A stretch of DNA of 64,000 nt from the IMG/VR virus record IMGVR_UViG_3300045999_008055. One strand, given 5' to 3'. Under the pieces are notes generated by a model, which was given only the letters and a program-made list of their open reading frames with translations, ran no database searches and was not told the origin of the DNA. This DNA comes from a virus. Position numbers and translations under genes: made by a program. Shown piece after piece: positions 59,377 to 64,000 of the stretch; the stretch's first letter is position 1, and each line of letters starts with the position of its first letter.

Positions 59377-59670
59377 ATGAGAAAAAAATTAGTTCTGGAA
59401 TTAGATATTACAGAAACAGACGCTTATCAAAAAATATATAAGGGCAAAAAAAGAAGCGAATTAAAAGATAGCGATTTCCTTTTTCCAGAAGATAGATCTT
59501 TTCCTATAACCACGACTCAAGACGTAAGAGACGCAATCAATAACTTTGGCCGTATGAAAAAAGCCATGAGTTATGAAACATTTATTAAAAAACTTTGGAA
59601 TAAAGCTAAATCTAAAGGTTTGCAAGCTGGGATTCCAAAAAGCACAGTAGAAAAATATAATCTTTCTTAA
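59377..59670 (+). CDS. conserved phage hypothetical protein
   Basis: RSELKDSDF.FPE.R.FPI....V..A...GR. Confidence 0.65.
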   Translation: MRKKLVLELDITETDAYQKIYKGKKRSELKDSDFLFPEDRSFPITTTQDVRDAINNFGRMKKAMSYETFIKKLWNKAKSKGLQAGIPKSTVEKYNLS

Positions 59671-59705
59671 TTGACATTATTATAATAATCCATTAACATA
59701 TACAT

Positions 59706-60614
59706 GTGGATTATAATCTTTTAAATATTGGTGGACATGGTTTAGGTGACTGTATTTTATCTTTACAAATATCTTATCTTTTAAATCAGCAACACATTAA
59801 ACATAAGACTTTAATTTCAACAAGAAATGAAGTCTATAAACCTTTATGGTATATATTTGGAAATGTTTTAGATGTTGAACAGATTAACGAAAATATTGCC
59901 CACGAAAACAGAATTATTACAGATAAAAGTCTTCAAAGCGAATTAAAGTCTAAATATAACGCTTTAAATATTACATATAATGTACCAGATCTTCTTTTTA
60001 GAAGCCCCTTGGCTCTGGACTATAAACAATATGGTTTAAATCCTCAATTAATTAAAAAAACAAGAATACTTAATGGACATTTTGCTAAAAAAGAAAAGAT
60101 TATATATTGCGGATTAACAACCACGACAAAAGGATATACTTATGAGAATATCCCAATTCTTCTCAGATCTTTAGCCGAACATTTGCCCGATTATACTATA
60201 TACTTTCCAAAAGTTAAAAGATGGGACAAAGAAATTAATTATGATAATTTTAATATATCTTTTCCTAAAAATGTTTTTATTCACGATGATCCAACTTTTG
60301 AAGAATCATTAGATTGGTTAGTTAAAAGTGAATATGGTATATTCACATGTAATGGTCCAAGCCATATTGCTTATCAATTAGGAATTCCAAGATTAATTCT
60401 TGATCCTCAATTTAATAGAATACCTTGGATGAGTAGATGGAAAGAAGACTACGAAGAGTGCGTTCCAATTAATACAAACTATAGTGATGTAGTCAAATTA
60501 GTAGATGCAAATATAAAATACCCACAAACGACTTTGATAGATAGAAAATATTTACTTAATCTAATTCAAAATAATCAAACTACTTGGAAAGATATATTTT
60601 TCTTTAAATATTAA
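59706..60614 (+). CDS. GT9 (heptosyltransferase)-like glycosyltransferase
   Basis: GLGD.IL N-terminus; CNGPSHIA..LGIP. Confidence 0.65.
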   Translation: MDYNLLNIGGHGLGDCILSLQISYLLNQQHIKHKTLISTRNEVYKPLWYIFGNVLDVEQINENIAHENRIITDKSLQSELKSKYNALNITYNVPDLLFRSPLALDYKQYGLNPQLIKKTRILNGHFAKKEKIIYCGLTTTTKGYTYENIPILLRSLAEHLPDYTIYFPKVKRWDKEINYDNFNISFPKNVFIHDDPTFEESLDWLVKSEYGIFTCNGPSHIAYQLGIPRLILDPQFNRIPWMSRWKEDYEECVPINTNYSDVVKLVDANIKYPQTTLIDRKYLLNLIQNNQTTWKDIFFFKY

Positions 60615-60615
60615 A

Positions 60616-61623
60616 ATGAGAGTTTCAGATTATATTGCCAAAAGATTAGTTGAATTAGGAGTAAAGTATGTTTATGGAATAATGGGCGGTGGAGCAGGTG
60701 GTCTTAATGATGGTTTTATAAAAAATAATGATATACAATATATTTGTTTTCATCATGAGCAAGGCGCGGGTCATGCAGCCATAGGAGAAAGTAAAGTAAC
60801 AAAAAAATTATCTGTAGTTAACCCAACTACTGGATGCGGAGGAACAAATTGTTTGACCTCTCTTCTAGATGCATGGCAAGATAGTATTCCTATATTATTT
60901 ATATCTGGAAATGTTAAATTAAATCAAACTAGTTTTTTTATCAATAAGAATAAAAATATATCTATAAGAAAATATGGTGTTCAAGAACATGACATAATCT
61001 CTACAGTTAAATCTATGACAAAATATGCAAAAATTATAGAGTCAGTAGATGAAGTTGCTTATGAATTAGATTGTGCTATTAATGAAGCTTTATCTGGCAG
61101 AATGGGACCAGTTTGGCTTGATATACCAAGTGATATTCAACATGCTCAAATGCCAGAGAATTATAAAGAATTTGAATCTAAAAATATTAATATAAAAAAT
61201 AATGAACTCTCGAATGTTTTAAATATAATCAAACAGTACAATCGTCCTTTAGTTTTAGGTGGTTATGGAGTAGTTTTAAGTAAAACAAATAAAGATTTTA
61301 AAAATTTTATAGAACAAAATAATTTGCCATTTGTCACAACATATTTAGGCATAGAAATCTTAGGATACGAGCATCCTCTTAACATAGGAACAATTGGCAT
61401 CAAGGGAAGTAGATCTGGAAATTTTGCTATTCAAAATTGTGATCTATTACTGATATTAGGCTGTTCTTTAAATTGTTCTCATACAGGATATGATGAAAAC
61501 TTATTTTCACCTAAATCTTATAAAATTATGGTAGATATAGATAAGAATGAATATAATAAATTTAACGATAATAAAATAGATAAATTTATTCAAATGGACT
61601 TGAAGGATTTTTTTAATGAATAA
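60616..61623 (+). CDS. ThDP-dependent enzyme, acetolactate-synthase family, N-terminal/central part
   Basis: HHEQGAG.AA, TTG.G.TN, D.IP.L.ISG, GPVWLDIP. Confidence 0.9.
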   Translation: MRVSDYIAKRLVELGVKYVYGIMGGGAGGLNDGFIKNNDIQYICFHHEQGAGHAAIGESKVTKKLSVVNPTTGCGGTNCLTSLLDAWQDSIPILFISGNVKLNQTSFFINKNKNISIRKYGVQEHDIISTVKSMTKYAKIIESVDEVAYELDCAINEALSGRMGPVWLDIPSDIQHAQMPENYKEFESKNINIKNNELSNVLNIIKQYNRPLVLGGYGVVLSKTNKDFKNFIEQNNLPFVTTYLGIEILGYEHPLNIGTIGIKGSRSGNFAIQNCDLLLILGCSLNCSHTGYDENLFSPKSYKIMVDIDKNEYNKFNDNKIDKFIQMDLKDFFNE

Positions 61624-62368
61624 AGAAGAATGGATAGAAAAATGTAAATATTGGAAAAATAAATGGCCAATATTTATAGATGAGTTTAAAAATGATGAGA
61701 ATGGCGTTAATCTATATTCTTTTATAGAGATTCTTAATAAAAATATGACAGAAAAAGAGATCATAGTTTGCGATGCAGGTTCGGCAATCTATGTTCCATG
61801 TCAAAACCTTAAATTAAAATTAAACCAAATATTTGTTTTGTCTGGCGCGCAAGCAGATATGGGCTTTGCTTTACCAGCTGGTATAGGAGCCTATTTTGGA
61901 GATTCAACCAAGAATATCTTGGTAATTACAGGGGATGGAAGCTTTAATTCTAATCTACAAGAATTAGCAACAATAAAAAATTTTAATATACCAATCAAGA
62001 TTTTTATATGGAACAATAAAGGCTATTTAAGTATTAAAAATACACAAAATAAATTCTATGAAAAAAGAGTCTACGGAACTAGCGCAGGAAAAGGATTGTG
62101 GTTTCCAGACCTAAAAAAAGTAGCAGAAACATATGAATTAGATTATATTAAAATATCTAGTAACCAAGGATTAGAAGATAATATTAAAGAAATTATCAAT
62201 CAAAAGAAACCAATTTTATGCGAAGTCTCTTGTAAAGAAGATCAAGAGGTTATTCCAACTGTTTCTTTTAAAAAAGATCAAAGTACAGGTAAAAATATTC
62301 AATGTGGACTAGATGATATGTATCCATTCTTAGACGACCAAGAAAGAGAAAGGGAGATGATAAAATGA
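61616..62368 (+). CDS. ThDP-dependent enzyme, C-terminal ThDP-binding part
   Basis: MGFALPAGIGA, GDGSF..N.QEL......N.GY. Confidence 0.9.
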   Translation: MNKEEWIEKCKYWKNKWPIFIDEFKNDENGVNLYSFIEILNKNMTEKEIIVCDAGSAIYVPCQNLKLKLNQIFVLSGAQADMGFALPAGIGAYFGDSTKNILVITGDGSFNSNLQELATIKNFNIPIKIFIWNNKGYLSIKNTQNKFYEKRVYGTSAGKGLWFPDLKKVAETYELDYIKISSNQGLEDNIKEIINQKKPILCEVSCKEDQEVIPTVSFKKDQSTGKNIQCGLDDMYPFLDDQEREREMIK

Positions 62369-63294
62369 AAAAAAATATTGTTACTTTCAATAAAATGAAA
62401 GATCTAAATGAAAAAATCACTTGGATAACTGCTTATAATTATCCAATCGCATTTGCAGCAGAAAAAGCTGGAATTGATATGATTTTAGTTGGAGACTCTG
62501 GAGGAATGGTTGAATTAGGATATGAAACTACAAATCCCGTGACGATGGATGAAATGATAAGTTTTGCTAAAGCCGCAAGAAGAGGAGCACCAAATACATT
62601 TATAGTTGGTGATATGCCTCAAGGATCATATGAAGTATCCGAGGAAGAAGCTGTAAAAAATGCTCTTAGATTTGTTAAAGAAGCAGGATGTGATGCTATT
62701 AAGTTGGAAGGCGGTAAAAGAGTCGAAGATAAAATCAAAGCAATTGTTAATGCTGGTATTTTAGTCGTTGGACATCTCGGATTAACTCCTCAAAGTGCTG
62801 TTAGTTTTGGAGGATATAGAGTGCAAGGGAAAACTCAGGAAAGTTTTGAAGAAATGCTTGACGATGCAAAAGCAATAGAATACGCGGGATGTTCTATGAT
62901 CCTATTAGAAGCAGTACCCGCGAAAGTTGCGGAACAGATATCTATACAATTAAAAATTCCAATTATGGGAATTGGAGCAGGAGATTTAGTAGATGGACAA
63001 TTGATAATTGCCCATGATCTTTTGGGCTTACATCCAAATTTTAGACCTTGGTTTGCAAAATGTTATATTTCAGAAATTGTAGATAATTATTCAGATACTA
63101 TTAAATCTCAAGAGAATATTAAAAAATACGGAATTGATACAAGACAAGATGGAATATTAAATATAACAACACTAGCAATTAGAAAATATATAGAAGAAGT
63201 AAAACAAAATAAATATCCATGCAAAGATTATATCTACCCAATTAAAGAAGAAGAGCTACAGAATGTGATGAATTCTAAAAGTTGGAAATCTTAA
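62365..63294 (+). CDS. panB: ketopantoate hydroxymethyltransferase-like protein
   Basis: TAY, LVGDS, DMP.GSY, KLEGG, GHLGLTPQ, LEAVP, GIGAG. Confidence 0.88.
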   Translation: MKKNIVTFNKMKDLNEKITWITAYNYPIAFAAEKAGIDMILVGDSGGMVELGYETTNPVTMDEMISFAKAARRGAPNTFIVGDMPQGSYEVSEEEAVKNALRFVKEAGCDAIKLEGGKRVEDKIKAIVNAGILVVGHLGLTPQSAVSFGGYRVQGKTQESFEEMLDDAKAIEYAGCSMILLEAVPAKVAEQISIQLKIPIMGIGAGDLVDGQLIIAHDLLGLHPNFRPWFAKCYISEIVDNYSDTIKSQENIKKYGIDTRQDGILNITTLAIRKYIEEVKQNKYPCKDYIYPIKEEELQNVMNSKSWKS

Positions 63295-63295
63295 A

Positions 63296-64000
63296 ATGTT
63301 AAAGATATTAATCACAGGAGGAAATGGATATATAGGAAGATCTTTATATTCTGTATTTAATAGAAAATATAATTGTAAATCTATTTCGATTTTAGATTTC
63401 GATCTTTCAAATCCACATCAAACAAAAAGATGGTTTGAAGAAAATGAATACTATGATATAGTTATTCATACAGCAATTAAAGGCGGTATGAGACTAGTTA
63501 AAGATACTGCAAATGTCATGGATGTAAACCTTAAAATGTATTACAATTTACTTGAAAATAAAGATCATTTTAATAAACTCATATCCTTCGGTTCAGGCGC
63601 AGAGATATTCCAACCAGAAACACCATACGGTTTAAGTAAAAAAATAATAGCAGAATCAATCAAAGAAATTGATAATTTTTATAATATAAGAATTTTTGCA
63701 GTTTTTGACAAGAATGAATTAAACACAAGATTTATTAAATGTAATTTATTTAAATACATAAACAAAGAGCCGATTGATATATTTACTAATAAAGTTATGG
63801 ATTTTTTCTATATGCAAGATTTGATTAATCTTGTTGATTATTATATTTTAAATGATAAACTAGATAAAGAAATTAATTGTTCTTATAAACAAAAACATAC
63901 ATTAGAAGACATAAGCGAATTCATTAATAATCTAGGAGAACATAAAGTAAAAGTCAATCTACAAAATAATAAAGATTTGCAATTCTATTGTGGACAAAGC
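63296..64000 (+). CDS. NAD-dependent epimerase/dehydratase (partial, runs off window)
   Basis: ILITGGNGYIG, GSGAE, YGLSK. Confidence 0.9.
   Translation, partial: MLKILITGGNGYIGRSLYSVFNRKYNCKSISILDFDLSNPHQTKRWFEENEYYDIVIHTAIKGGMRLVKDTANVMDVNLKMYYNLLENKDHFNKLISFGSGAEIFQPETPYGLSKKIIAESIKEIDNFYNIRIFAVFDKNELNTRFIKCNLFKYINKEPIDIFTNKVMDFFYMQDLINLVDYYILNDKLDKEINCSYKQKHTLEDISEFINNLGEHKVKVNLQNNKDLQFYCGQS

Noticed and set aside
1-64000. CRISPR array or reverse transcriptase system
   Set aside because: No regularly spaced repeat-spacer series and no cas or RT motifs were seen; the repeats found have only 2-4 copies.
1-64000. Stop-codon reassignment
   Set aside because: Conserved enzymes (NrdAB, ligase, PurA, rIIA) are full length in code 11, and TAG, TGA and TAA all end genes.

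Overview
This window is a 64 kb segment of a large, AT-rich dsDNA bacteriophage genome (jumbo-phage-like); no core cellular housekeeping or ribosomal genes are present. Bases 1-37.8 kb are almost all minus-strand: dense small early-type ORFs, DUF932, MazG, a 3D-domain protein, a deaminase, an HhH glycosylase, RuvB-like, rIIA/rIIB, ATP-dependent ligase, UV endonuclease, PurA, IMPDH/GMPR and dCMP deaminase. Bases 37.9-64 kb are mostly plus-strand: dNMP kinase, a sigma-like factor, nrdAB, tmRNA, HNH nucleases, putative virion proteins, Hsp20, a ferritin-like protein, and a glycosyltransferase/ThDP-enzyme/PanB/epimerase cluster. The most notable signals are non-coding. (1) Two promoter-driven, highly structured, unrecognised RNA candidates of about 300-350 nt (4.9-5.26 kb and 45.4-45.7 kb). 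(2) A tRNA-Ser with a rare ACU anticodon and a degenerate tRNA-like element. (3) A tmRNA with a 24-codon tag. (4) Two inverted double-palindrome DNA elements bracketing the GC-rich DUF932 gene. (5) A three-tier promoter grammar: leaderless sigma70-type promoters, a GTGTAA motif mostly 14-17 nt before start codons, and a sigma54 site at hsp20. All calls are by-eye motif recognition; no database searches were run.
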